The translations under genes were made by a program, and so were the position numbers. The notes under the pieces were generated by a model. That model was not told where the DNA came from. It saw nothing but the letters and a program-made list of their open reading frames with translations, and did no database searches. Of a DNA stretch of 64,000 bases, positions 11,858 through 26,099 are shown one piece after another; within the stretch, counting starts at the first letter, position 1; every line of letters begins with the position of its first letter. Source of the stretch: Octopus bimaculoides (Eukaryota); assembly GCF_001194135.2 (NCBI RefSeq), contig NC_068981.1:68127287-68191286 (forward strand). Reading direction: 5' to 3'.

Positions 11858-14436
11858 TGTATATATATATATATATGGATATATATATATATGTGTGTGT
11901 ATATATNNNNNNNNNNNNNNNNNNNNNNNNNNNNNNNNNNNNNNNNNNNNNNNNNNNNNNNNNNNNNNNNNNNNNNNNNNNNNNNNNNNNNNNNNNNNNN
12001 NNNNNNNNNNNNNNNNNNNNNNNNNNNNNNNNNNNNNNNNNNNNNNNNNNNNNNNNNNNNNNNNNNNNNNNNNNNNNNNNNNNNNNNNNNNNNNNNNNNN
12101 NNNNNNNNNNNNNNNNNNNNNNNNNNNNNNNNNNNNNNNNNNNNNNNNNNNNNNNNNNNNNNNNNNNNNNNNNNNNNNNNNNNNNNNNNNNNNNNNNNNN
12201 NNNNNNNNNNNNNNNNNNNNNNNNNNNNNNNNNNNNNNNNNNNNNNNNNNNNNTATATATATATATATATATATGAGTGTTAGAAGACAGAATTAGAGAA
12301 TCATGCGGCTGTCACAACAAGCTCATCCTACGGACTGCGCTATCTGTCCACGTATTTATGAATTAATAAATTAGTACAATGTAAGCTTTCATGTAACAAA
12401 AAAATAAAAGAAAAACATCGAGAACATTCGGTGGATGCAGATACTCCGTGAGATGTATATAAAATCATAAAACTTGTAGGTATGAGAGGTGAATATAATT
12501 CTATTTAGTTACGTGACTCCAATGAACGTTTTGCAACATTCTTCATACATTATTAACTTCAGTTCACAACAAACTATGTATACGTGTTTACATTAATATG
12601 TCTGCTCAGCATTACAGTATACATTTTTTTATCTACAAATTACTGCCCAGCAATAGTGGTAGCTCATTTGACCACCATACCATCAAGCTTACATCAGCAA
12701 TTCAACTGTAAACACAGAGACACAATTCATGTCTTATATGTACAATGTACAAAAGGTCGAAAAAAGGTCGAAAATATTACAAGGATTGTGTCGTTATAAA
12801 GGAAATCTCAGGAAAATGATATACTGTGGTTCTATTAAAGAAAGCATATTCTTCACATATGATACCAATTATGATAATGTGCTAATAATTGTGTGCATAT
12901 AAAAAACACAAAATATCAGAAGATATTAAATGTGAGTATATCTATTAACTACATATAAGGATTACAGCTGGATTGTATGTGGTAACTACGCGGTCCAATG
13001 AATCCACATATTCCAATACAATTATACAAATATATATCTACTTATATCCACTCTCTCACACACACACACACATACAAACACACACACACACACACAAAAA
13101 AACAAACACACACGTATTATACACACACATACACAAACATGCACAAACACATAGGTTTGAGCGCGCATGTGCATGCACAAGCTATAACATTCAAATTTAT
13201 CAGTAGAAAAAATGTAAAGGTTAGCGGAGGGCGCTATAATTCGTCTGTCAATTACAAATCAATGTAATACGTGGGTTCATGTGACTAAAAATCCATAGTT
13301 TAGCTTGTAGAGTTTAATTTCCTATTCTCTAACTAGTAACACAGTTTGTAGAGACCTTTTGTGTATTCTATTAGGGCTTGAGTTTCTGTTTATTAATGTT
13401 TTGTAGCGAAATAGCATACACAAATAACATCATGCAAAAACACCTGGTATGATATTTTAAGCAAGGAGTGAAGATTGCTCACTGGTGATAACAACGTTAT
13501 ATATATAACCTTGTGAGAAATATAGATGTACATTTCCTTCATCCGAAACAACTCTGTCTCAAAAATATACCAATAACTTGCTGAATGTGAAGCAATGGTA
13601 ATTTTTATTTCGAACTTTCGATAAATATAGAATTAACTAAAGACACGCAAAAATTGCATATATCCCACGTTGATACTAGATATCTAAATTTTTCATTCAC
13701 AGCGGTAAACAAACGAAATGGATATTCTTAAACAAAAGAAAACGAAAGAAGCGATGTAAGTGGAATTGTGTAGCTGCTATAAGGTGAGGAACATGCAGGG
13801 AAAGTAGGAAGTCAGTAAATATATTTATAAACTAGCTATAGACACAAAGAAAAATACAAATAAGAGTCTAATCACTGGAGAAAAACAGGATAAATCTACC
13901 AAGGAACGTAAAAACATATATGAAAAAAACATTTGTCAAAAGGAGGGTAGAAAGCAATAACTATGCAAGTTTTCTGTAATCTCTCAGAATACTAGAAACA
14001 AAAGCCAATTCTCAGGCAGACCTCAATAATATTCTATAAACTGATGAGCATATGCAACAACATTGATCTAGTTTTGTCTCAAAAGATCTGACCGTTACTG
14101 CTAAAACATCTCGGGTCAATTATGTATTAGACCATAGTAGATGTATTGGAGAAGGATAACATTAGCATCAACAGCTGTAGAATGACTGCCTGCGCCATTA
14201 ACAAAACCACCATCGCCCCTCTCCTTCGACTACCAATAACAATAACAACAATAATAAAATTTTAAAAACATGAAAAGTAGAGAAATTATTCTGATAATGT
14301 TCAACGATTTGACTTCGCCATCGCTAAATAATTGCAGTAATATGATCTGCAAGGTCACAGAAAAATACGAGACACCTTTCGAAATAAAAACAGAATGCAC
14401 ACTCTTGTAATTGGAAGAATATATTCAGAAAGTTGT

Positions 14437-14518
14437 TCTACTCTATTGAAGCAGCTACAGCTGGTGTCCAGGTTACATATGGAACTTGGACACCAGCAGT
14501 AGCTGCTTAAATATTAGA
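14437..14518. ncRNA. Isolated near-perfect hairpin, candidate pre-miRNA (unvalidated)
   Basis: Arms 14449-14474 and 14483-14508 pair over 26 bp with one A-A mismatch and one G-T, around an 8-nt loop. Weaker pairing continues out to 14437/14518. It is not microsatellite-derived and shows no recognised known-miRNA seed. Confidence 0.3.
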
Positions 14519-15041
14519 TTTTGTTTGTTAATGAAACTAATGCGAAATTATTAGATCTTCAACTTCACTAAAAAAATATTACGGAAGTAGAGAATAAAAA
14601 CAAAGACATAAGGTGAGGTAGATTTTGACGTTTCTTCACTGGCACGTCAGCAAATCTGTTTCGAAGCATCAGATACAGACTAGACCTTTACTTTTTTTGT
14701 TAACAAAAATATCGAAAGTTGACACAGGATTGCAGTTCGAAAACGATATTTATTTCTGAGATTGACACGAGGACACTAAGTTTGAGAGATCAGACTTTAG
14801 CCTATCAAATCGACTCATTATAAGACTGATTTCAACTCAGGAATTAAAACGCTCGAACAAATGGTACAAAAATCGTATCTGATGCTTCTATGATTGTGCT
14901 CATTGAACTCCCTTAATTGCATACATACACAAACATATCCATACATGCTTTACACTCCACACAAATACATGAACGCTTGCACACACATATTAACACACAC
15001 GAAAAGGCACGTACAGACACACACACACGAAAACACACACG

Positions 15042-15083
<42 letters not shown>

Positions 15084-15564
15084 TATATACATGCATCAAT
15101 AAATATATATACCTATTCTAAGATAGATATAGTGCAATAACAAATTAGGTATTTCTGTGACTATCAATCCATTTTTTGGATCACATTATATTTCTATAGT
15201 GACGCGAGGCAGAAGTTTTCAAATTTATTCCTTCTTCAACAACCTCATTAGCGGGAAATAATTTCTTCTAAGGTTTAGCTGGGATGCGAGAAAAAATCGT
15301 TTTGGTAAAATATAAGAATTTTTTTCATTTCGAAAGAAAACAGCCAGTGTGTATCACAGACTTGGGCTTTAGGGGATAAAGAAGATGATTTCATTTCAGA
15401 AATAGAATGAAGTATTTCATAAACAGAATAGATGAAATTTAAGTAACCTATTGACAAATATTACTGCCCTCTCCTTCAATTTTATGTACATGTGTTTACA
15501 ATATGTACACAATATAAGTACATATGTATGTGTGTATATGTGTATGCGAGGGTATGTTTAAGAA

Positions 15565-15596
<32 letters not shown>

Positions 15597-16649
15597 NNNN
15601 NNNNNNNNNNNNNNNNNNNNNNNNNNNNNNNNNNNNNNNNNNNNNNNNNNNNNNNNNNNNNNNNNNNNNNNNNNNNNNNNNNNNNNNNNNNNNNNATCAA
15701 AAACCTATTAGAATATATAGAGAATATATACAGTTATTTTCACCTGTTTTTAAAACTAAATATTCACAGATGCTCATTTACTCAAGCTTATACATATACA
15801 CAAATACTCTTTTTGCGAGTGGTTGAGTGAAGAATATTATAGGTGCATATAAGTTACAAATGTAATATGTTATATAGAAAATGTGGTTTTACATTAAACT
15901 TTTATGTGAAGTATTTCAACGTTTCTCACAAACGCCCAATATACTAAATTACTCTTAATATTTCATTTCAACCGAGCCTTTCTAAATATGAAAAAATATT
16001 CATTTTAAAATTTTTTTGTGTCTGAGTGTATGTTTTAAAATCTTGTATATTATGTGTATAAGTTACAACTTCCCAATAAAGTACATTAAATTCATTGTCA
16101 ATACTGAAATATAACGAAGTCAATAAAGCTCTTGCTGCTTCCCAAATTCTATATTTCAATTAAAGACTGATAAATTGATGTTATCAGTTAAAATGTTATA
16201 TATATATTGTCATGCATGTGAACTAATAATTCAAACTATGGATGTATGCAACAATTTCATAAAAAAAAAAAAAATTTAATCAAAATTGTAAAACTCTGTG
16301 TCAAAATTATTGAGCAGTGTAAATTGTTTTATGGATAACCCTTTAACCTAAAAGATAATCTGGGCTGTGTCATGCTATAAATGCGAGGGAATTTTAGAAA
16401 ATAGCTCCTTGGATTGTGTTATCCACCAAACTTGTCTTTCATTAATGAAATTTCGAGGAAAACTCTAATAATTTTATATTAAAGTTCCATGGATTCAAAC
16501 CTACTAACACGAATTTCGCTTCATTTTTTTTTTAATCTAAAGAACAAATGATAAGTATGTTATACAGTGTTGAAGATTTATTTTCTATCGAATTTGTTTC
16601 TTATGGAATATAACTATTGACATATTGCATTATCATAATAAAGCAACAT

Positions 16650-17560
16650 AGAGAGCCTTTAATTCATGAAACCCTATATGTATCAAGATTATATTATAGT
16701 ATATAATACTCTCCTAGTTCGATCGTAATCTAACGGCATTTCATCAAGATAGTGATTTCATTGTCTGATAGGTTATGTTTCATAACAATTCATTGTATAT
16801 ATTCTACTAAGTTCAGATATAAATTAGTACCCAATATCTTAAAAAAATAAAATGAATTATTGGTTGAGTGCATAGAAAAGTCTAGTACCAAGAGTGATAT
16901 TAATGCTTCTAAAAAGAGATTTTTCAACATAAGAGTGGAATAGTCATTCATATAGATCAAAATAATAGGTCCTTGTAATTCAGTCAACGATAAGAGAATA
17001 TTGGTAGATTTGCACATTAAATGTGCGTCTTCATATTATTTCAAGTGTTGTCGGTTAATAAGAATTTATATAGGCTAGAGGAACTGTATAAAAATAAGCT
17101 CTAGGATTTTGACCAGTTGCAATAATATATATATGTATAACTCTGTCCTTACTATCTATCTGCCCTTACTATCCTTCCTATCATTATGTATGTTATTGTT
17201 ATTATTTATATCTTGGTTTAAAGATCATTATCATGAAATTCATTTTTCTCATTTTATTTTATCTTTGTAACGTGCTAAAATAGCGTTATAAATTCCGTTA
17301 AAAGTTTCCCAGAATCCATTTTGGTGAATAGATTTGGAGTTGTATCCTTACCATATCAGTCCATTAAAATTATTATATTATACGTTCGATCGTACTATAA
17401 GAATGCCCTCGGATTTAAATAGATAACATATACTTTGAGCATTTTCATTTCGTTTCTCTGAAAATCCATACCATGCTCTATATATCGAAATGCCGGCTCA
17501 TTATTCCTGCTATAGAGTAGCTCATGATTTCTCCTATATGATAAAATCGAAACATTTTCT
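16650..17560 (-). mobile_element. Heavily decayed CR1/Jockey-like LINE RT remnant
   Basis: Minus-strand fragments in the expected order: ENHELLYSRNNEPAFR (cf. NLL...QHGFR), VYVIYLNPRAF (cf. VDVIYLDF.KAFD) and LQGPIILIYMND (cf. LGPLLFLIYIND). The similarity is weak. Confidence 0.35.
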
Positions 17561-18950
17561 TTCGTCTACAATTGTTTATAGTTACGATACGTTGTATCAC
17601 GAAACATATAATAAGAGACGAAACCATGAAACAATCTGTGAGAAACCCTTTTTGAAATTACTGAATATATATATTCTTAAATAAAGAATCTGAATCTGAT
17701 GTTATTACTTAATGTATTGAATCATTTATATTTTAATTCTTTGCATTCATCCAACATTTTAATCTACAAATCCCATAATAATACCTGCACGCTTAACATT
17801 TCATTTCAATATTTTATTGCATTTTCACATATTTTTCAGATGTGACATATGTAACTTTTCTTCTACTGTTTGTTGTATGAGATAAAAAAAAAAAAGACGT
17901 TGGCTGTGGAAGTTTAAATGTCATCTATTATTTGTCAGCCTTCACTGATTCAATAACCATTACGTTTGTTATAAAAACATATTTATTTAACTTCAGTTCC
18001 GCTTTGAAATAGGGTTTGATGGAATTATACTGAAGGTTTCTATATATCTCAGGTAGATGATATCAATATGTTTCTTTTCTAAATTCAAAGTACAACTTGC
18101 AAGATGTTTGGATAGAGACCGTAGATATATATTTATTTGTATGATATTCGAAGAAATTTAGTGTGTTATTGATTTTTAACCCCAATATATTATCTTAGAG
18201 TATTCGATCTCACGAAGCAATTTCCAAACCTAAACTCTTCCAATTATAACTTATTAGTGTTTAAAAATACAAACACGCAATGAATAAAAATAGGAAGAAT
18301 AAATGTATTATTATGCAATATTTACAATCGGTGGAGGGAGGGCACAAGACCAATATAATTCTCATATTTGTAAGGAAATTAATTCTGCATAATCAACATA
18401 AATATATCTTCAATGCAGACCAGAAATAAATATATACGTTCAAATGTACGTATGAATATGTGTGTATGTGCGTGTGTTGAGTACATTTCATAACTAAATA
18501 TCTTTTGTGAAAACACTGATCTTTACGTAAAACTACTTAATGCCGACGTGAAGTTAAACCAGCTAAAGAGATTATTACCGTTTCGTTTTCTCTTTAGCTG
18601 ACTTCAACTAACTTGTCTGTCAGTAAACGAATGTGAAGCTATTAATTATCAATTCATGAGAGTGAGCCTGTATAGATATACGATTTTGAAAGCATCCTTT
18701 TAAACGGATACTTGTTTTGATTATTCATTATCATTATATTTTGTGATGTCTCTACGTGTGTAATACAGATTTACATTTCTGTCATAACTGTCCACAATAA
18801 CTCGCTTTTAGTAATGTGTTATTATTCATGCTACTTTATATAACATCCGTTCTGAATGTATAACATGTAAGTCAATTGTTGTTCATCAATATTTCTGCAT
18901 TTTCTGTTTTCCTTATACATACATACATATATACATACATACATATATAC

Positions 18951-18984
<34 letters not shown>

Positions 18985-21967
18985 NNNNNNNNNNNNNNNN
19001 NNNNNNNNNNNNNNNNNNNNNNNNNNNNNNNNNNNNNNNNNNNNNNNNNNNNNNNNNNNNNNNNNNNNNNNNNNNNNNNNNGTATATATATATATATATA
19101 TATATACATACACGTCCACCATCTGTCCGAAGTGAGATAGGCCAATGACCAACGTTCGATTGGTCAATTGAAATTTAAAAACAAAAGACCAGCTATTTAG
19201 ATGGTTATACGGCGTACGATTAGTAAATAAATGATTGGGAAAATGGAGTATGTTGTAAGGGGCCCTCAAACGCTTAGGCCCGTATGTACTAGATTAGAAA
19301 CATATTCGGACATTTAGGAAGTAAGACGGTTGGGGTGAAAATGGTCCAAAAGTATTTTTTTTAATAAGAAGGTGAAATTAGTAACAATGAGAGGAATTTA
19401 TTTCGTAAGAAGATTAGGGAAATATTTATGGTTAGGGGGAGGTAATAACTAGGGTAAATGGCCTAAATTAAAGATTGCTGATCTGCCATGCAGTGCACCT
19501 AATCAGTTAGCTGACTAGCCCAATAGACAGCTAATTTCAGAGCTAAGTGTCTAAACATTCTATAAATCAGTCAGCCTAGTGGTCAATTAAATAAGTAAAG
19601 GTAAATATCCCTAATTAAATTAATGATTATAATTCATAATTACAAATTAAAAAAAAAATTGCAAGTTATTCTTACAGATGCAGGCTCTTACCACAATTTG
19701 CTCATGCTTTCATGCACACAAAATAAATCATCACAACATGAATATGGCTATGAATCAACGGTTTGTATTCTTACAGTTCCATTGTCATGCAATGTGAAGA
19801 CATTTGGATACGATTGAAATGTACGTAATCATGTGTGAATTTTACACTAAGGTACATTCCCCCTTATCATCCAAAGCGAGAAAAGTATTAACAGGAATTA
19901 GGATTGTTACAATGTCATAAATATTGACGGCTCTTAAATATCATGTAAAGTTTTGTTGGTTTACACTGTTTTAATCAATCGTCCTTGAAAAGTTAAACCA
20001 CATATACTAGTGAATAAGAATTAACAAGTCAAAAACATCCGAAATATGAAAAGTATTTTCATTGAATATTTTTCTATCTCCAACTGCAACTGTTAAAGTA
20101 TCTTGAAAAAAGAAATATTAAACTACCTGTACGTATGTGGTTTTATGTGTAAGCGTGCATATGCATTCGTTAATAAAAAAAAAATGGATGTGCAAATTGT
20201 GTGTATGTAATTACTGAAGCGATGTCCCTATGTGGTTTCGACTAATTTTCAGATCAGCGCTGATTATTCATGTGTAAGCATGATAATTTCGCTTTTCTTT
20301 TTCTGTTCTACACTTTTGCCCCATGCATTTGTTCGCTTGAAATTTAACTCTATGCAAATTGCAGGGAATGTTTGCATAATAGAATATTTGACTGAAAAAC
20401 AAACGGAAAATAATAAACAGATGTGTACGAGATCCCACTTCAGAAATATTTGATAGGCTGTGAATTAATTATCTCAATTTTTTGATTTTATTTCTGTTTA
20501 TCATACAATAATTACTGTTGGGAATTAGTATTTAATGGCCTTTGCATAATCTGTTTATTACACATCACCTCCAATTGATGGTGAACTGAAGCTTACATAA
20601 CCTATGTTGCAAGTGATACTGAGCCTTAATTTATTTCTTGACATCTGCTTCGCTCGTGAAGGCACAAATAATACATAAGCAAATTTCCAAGCAAATTTCA
20701 CATGACCTACCTAGTAGCTAGTAACCTAAATTGTATTTTATTAGATTATTATAGAACTGAATTTTTTTGGTGTTTATACTTTTCCAGTATGTGTATAGAA
20801 TCTAAGTTCCAACTGGCAACTGAATTACGATAAATAATATTTTGAAAACGTTTGAACCTGTTTCCCATTTTATTTTACTTTTATTATTCTGATCAATATA
20901 TATTGTAAATATCAGAAAATCATTATCTTGGATATCTGATCATATCCCTTCTCTAAAGAAATCATAGCTTGGTTAAGGTAATATTTTGTTATTGATTGGG
21001 GATTATTTCCAGAGCAATTTATGTTTATTTTTCAGAAACATAATTCATCTATATTTGCAAGAAATAGAGTGAAATCTGGAACGGATACAGTTCCTAGTTT
21101 ATGCGCTTTACGTTATTCTTTTTTCGGAAATCTCACAGGAAACCAGAAAGGCTACCACTGTCTACGTAATATTGCTACCGCAAGTAATTTCCTGAAGCTT
21201 CTGTACATTACTACGCGATTACATTTCTTAACACTACACTGTCATCATTGTAACAGCTACATGCAGGTTGCTTGTTTTTTCGATATAAATTTATATGTTC
21301 CTAATATAACTATATGATTGTTAAACATTGCTATAGTAGTTATATTTGGACATATATAAGCTTCATCTATATATCATTTTTCATAAACGGAAGAAGACTA
21401 CATGCAGGAGTATAATATATATAAAGATACATTTCAACTATAATAAATTTTGTGGCATATGTCACAATAATTACTGCAGGTTTCAATTTTCTCATTATTT
21501 GTGGAACTGGGTAGTTGCGTTTGTATAAGATAAGACCAATACAGAGGCCAATACAGAGGCTAAAAACGGAACCACATACATATTTTAACAGGCAAATACT
21601 ACTTAAATTTAATCATAAATTTTGATCGGGTGTTGAAAAATACAGTATGTCGCATGTTCGTTAAAACTCATACTTAAGAAAGAATCTTTAAAGGAAAAAA
21701 ATGAAAGTATGAATTTGGTGTTTATAAATACTGCAATAACTTTCACAGCATTAAAAAAAAAAAACATATCAAAGATTGTTACACGCTACAAGTTCAGTAT
21801 TCGTACATTTATTGATTCCAACGAGAATTCGAACCTTTCTTTTAAAGAATCTTACTTTTAATGAAATTTCTTTAAGACAATTGATAACGAATGACGTTCC
21901 ACTAGAGTTTTGTAGTACCAAATACGATCTTATTTCCATACTCAAATATTAATTCTTCTGCTTCATA

Positions 21968-22140
21968 GATGAAGGGCGGCTGAAACATTTGTAGGTTTTC
22001 TTAGACTCTCTCGGGGAATGTGACCAAATGAGGCCTATTTTTCAACACCATTCCCCTTTCTCTACACATGCTTACTTCATCCCAGTGCTTGGATACAACT
22101 GGTAAAGAAGCTTTCATCCCGTCGGTCAAAAAAAAATCAT
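21968..22140 (-). mobile_element. Mariner 3'-end fragment with TIR-like terminus
   Basis: Minus strand reads FFLTDGMKA...KHWDE..MCRERGMVLKN (cf. FY..GI..L..RW.KCVD..GDYVEK) and ends in ...tttcagccgcccttcatcTA. Confidence 0.45.
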
Positions 22141-22709
22141 GAAAATGTATGAAAACATCTATGAATTTAACATTGGAAAAATGAGAAGATATAGTAATTT
22201 TGAGGTCTAAATAATCCTAAATTTATCGACTGTATGTACATCACAGTCGTAATATATGCCCAAACCATCGTCATGGTCAACTATGTAAATCTGGCTCTTA
22301 TGTTTATCTTTTAAATTTCCAAACCAAACTACGACAGTGCAGCTAATTGCGCAGTGTGGTAGTAGAGTCTGTAATTCTGGTATTAGTATTCATTGTATAT
22401 TTTAATGTACTAGTAATCATACTATTTTTTTGATATTATTGTATATATACCTATATTAGCTTCATTATATGTAGTAGAATTGGTGTCGCGCAAAATTGGA
22501 TCAAATAAATCATTACTGACTTTATACATATACTTAGTCTCATTAGAGAATGCGAATTAGTGCTTAGAGCCTTTAAAATTATTGATGTCAAAGTTTGCTT
22601 ACGCTTGAAAAGTGTTATAGTACATAATGGAATTTTATATCAGTTAATAAATCAAGAAGGTCTGCTTGAAGATTAGCTAGATCTGTAAACACTCTCTCTG
22701 TAAACTCTC

Positions 22710-22749
<40 letters not shown>

Positions 22750-25700
22750 CCTATGTATGCATGTATATATGTATATATATATTTAAGAAAAATGGAGACA
22801 AACGTTCAATGTTATTTAAATCATTTATGCTAATATAAATGATATGAATAACACTTTGATCTTTTGTTTCCATTTTCAATTATTCTTATGTACTCCAAAG
22901 CAAGAGAATTAACTCCCACGCAAGTGTGCTCGCTAATTCCTAGGGCGCTTATGTGACATCTGGGTACCTTGTAATTGTTCATCTGGGTCTGGATCTTTCG
23001 TATAATTTGAACATTCATATATATATATATAAGCCTGAGTGATAGCATTTCGAATAATGATCAATTCTCTAAATATAAGTTTGGTACTATTGTATCCTTC
23101 TTGTTGCAGTCTTAATTAATACTAATTCATCAAATCGTCGGACTGAGTGTCAGCGAAATTCCAAGAGAAAGAAAAACGACTGTGAAGCAGAAATATACAA
23201 CGGCAAATGTACAGAGTTATGCTCAAATGTAACTTGGAGTGTTAATTATATCCGCAGAAACATTTAAAGAAAACCGTATTGAATTGTAACTTGAGAGGCT
23301 AACATGCTATAAACCCATAAAGTACTATGAATTTGGACTTCCGAATCATCCTAAAATCTAAGACAAAAGAAAACTAACAAAGCAGTCGCTTTGTACCACA
23401 ATCCTTTCTGTTGGCCAGTTTGTTTGCTTCGTTTGTAACTCGTTGTCTGGATTAGAGTGCCATAAGAAACATAAAGAAGGGAACTTAGAGAAGAGGTGTT
23501 CTTACCCATCCCTACGTCGACCAGATAATCCATTAATATGAGTGTGTATGTGTGTTGAATAAGATAGGTGATGGAATGGAGAAATTTTGTCCCTCACAGT
23601 CAATGAATTCATTGACACATCACTTGGGCTCCCAAACATAAGCTGCCTTTCCGTACGTGCGTAAGTTTAAAACGATTCATATTCCAACCTACTGTATTTT
23701 GAAACTCATCCGTGAAAGCGATGTTTATGGCATGAAAGTAAGGTTTCTTTTTATGAGATTTTAAAATTCTCAATTTAAATAATAAAAGAATATTTACGGT
23801 AACGAAAAGCATGAAGGAAACCTAAGCACATTAATTCTTTTCTCAGCAGAGCAACAAATGGCTGAGAAAGTTAAAATAGCAGTTACACATTTTTGCTGCA
23901 GATCATATCTATATTTATCCTGTTTAAAGGAAGTAAAAATAAATCAAAATTATATGAAAAGAAAATATTAAAAAATATAGTATTTTCATAACAGAGTGCC
24001 GAGAATCTGTGTGAGTGAAAGAAAACTCACACAGAGAAATGTTTTCAACGATGCTCGGGTATAAGAAATACATGACACATTCGATTAATACCTTTTATAT
24101 TGCTTTCTTTCTTTTACACATTAAATTAAGAGAAGAATAACAGGCAAAAAAGGGAAAAAGTAGTAGAAAAATAAATAAACAAAACGTGTGAAGTAATGTT
24201 TTGTCATGAAATCTCAGGTGAGGCTTAATCAGTTTATTGCGAGAAATATTTTTGAATGATCATATATATTGCTTATAAAGGCATCAGATATTAATCAATA
24301 AACGATACAAGAATTAGATTGAGCAGGAGAGTGGAAAGATAATGTACAAAATCATAAAGAAATTATCTTTAAAAACACTACAAAAAAACAACAAACACTA
24401 TATAGTGTTTATTTTATAAAAAGTAAAGCATTTAGGGAACTGTTTCAAGAAATGAAGACATACATAGAAATATTGAAAGCGAGAAATGAGAGATTTGAAG
24501 AGTATATATATATATANNNNNNNNNNNNNNNNNNNNNNNNNNNNNNNNNNNNNNNNNNNNNNNNNNNNNNNNNNNNNNNNNNNNNNNNNNNNNNNNNNNN
24601 NNNNNNNNNNNNNNNNNNNNNNNNNNNNNNNNNNNNNNNNNNNNNNNNNNNNNNNNNNNNNNNNNNNNNNNNNNNNNNNNNNNNNNNNNNNNNNNNNNNN
24701 NNNNNNNNNNNNNNNNNNNNNNNNNNNNNNNNNNNNNNNNNNNNNNNNNNNNNNNNNNNNNNNNNNNNNNNNNNNNNNNNNNNNNNNNNNNNNNNNNNNN
24801 NNNNNNNNNNNNNNNNNNNNNNNNNNNNNNNNNNNNNNNNNNNNNNNNNNNNGTGTGTGCATGTGTGAGTGCGTGTGAGTGTTTTTGCTAGTGGATAGGG
24901 ACATTTCTAAGTGTTTGTGAAAGACGAATGAGAAAGGAATGCTCACAAACATATGTAGGTAAATAGGCACGAAGATAGGGAAATAGGAAAAATAATCAAT
25001 GCGCAAATGAGATATACATTAAAATTTAAAAAAAAGAGTAAAATCTAAATTGAATATTCGCTATATTAATGGCTCAAAGGTGAACTATTTTTCATACAGT
25101 GAGTAGAATATGCTAAGCTATTCCTATCCTACAGAAAGAAATCAAATAAAAAGCAAAAGTATGCTCTTTCGGAATTAACATGTGTTTAAATAATGAACGT
25201 TTTACAATTGATATATACCTTTGGGATATGGATTCTCAACTGAGAATAGCTGCAGGATGGGGATATGATCTGAAACCTGCATCAAGGAATGACAGCCTAC
25301 CTGAATGAATAGCTCAGTCAGTTTTTCCTCTCTTGAGCATGTTTTATTTGACATTTTTCCCCACTCCTCTCTATTTCATTCTCCCTTGATTCAGGCCATT
25401 CTTCTCGGAAGTGCTGAAAAGCATATTTTGTGATCTTGACATTTTTGTGAGCATTAGGAATTCAGAATTCATATTTTTTATTATCAACACAGGGAATCTT
25501 AGAAAAATTTTGGTATACAATACAGTAGAAAAGTATTTGCTGCTTGATGAAGATGTGTGACGGATCTATTAACAGATGCAAAATATATTGTTGATATTTC
25601 TGCTTCTGAAACCACAATGCTTTCCAAATATAACCAATCAGTATCTGAGCTGGTTCATTATTCCAACAGTGTATAGCAAGACAATACTCCTTCACTCTGC

Positions 25701-26099
25701 AATAAGAGGTAGCAGCCGTAAGTTTCAAGGATTTTTTATTTATTTAATACGAAAAAAACTGTTATATGATTCATTACTACAGCATTATCAATTACGGGTT
25801 GACTCATGCCCTCCGCAGGTTTTTCATACAGATAAAATCGATCAAATTCTGGTTATACCCAAACAGCTGGAAAGTGCCATCGTTGGTTTGGAAAATTGAT
25901 CCATCACCCATTTAAGTCAGTGATTCTCTATGTTGTGTCTGTATGTGCGAGCTTATTTATTCTAAAATATTCCACAACTGAATTTTGCAAGCTATTGCCT
26001 AAAATAAACGATGCACGTGTTCTGTTAGTTGTCTTACGTGCCGTGAAATATTACACATTTTGTGCATAGTCACCTTTTCTACTCTACGCACGAAACCCG

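Noticed and set aside
13850-14200. Possible LINE RT remnant (FCN.LRILETK...)
   Set aside because: Only one short fuzzy motif, too decayed to support a call.
23119-23277. Strong acceptor followed by a ~50-codon Cys-containing open frame
   Set aside because: No good donor and no recognisable domain.
25200-25700. Short open frames on both strands (MSNKTCSREEKLTELFIQ...; DAKYIVDISASETTMLSK...)
   Set aside because: They are mutually incompatible, under 60 aa and have no recognisable family.
25705-25920. Possible mariner end fragment
   Set aside because: The similarity is too weak to name.
26062-26075. tgcatagtcac, a partial match to miR-153
   Set aside because: Only 11 nt, with no hairpin and a mismatching 3' half.
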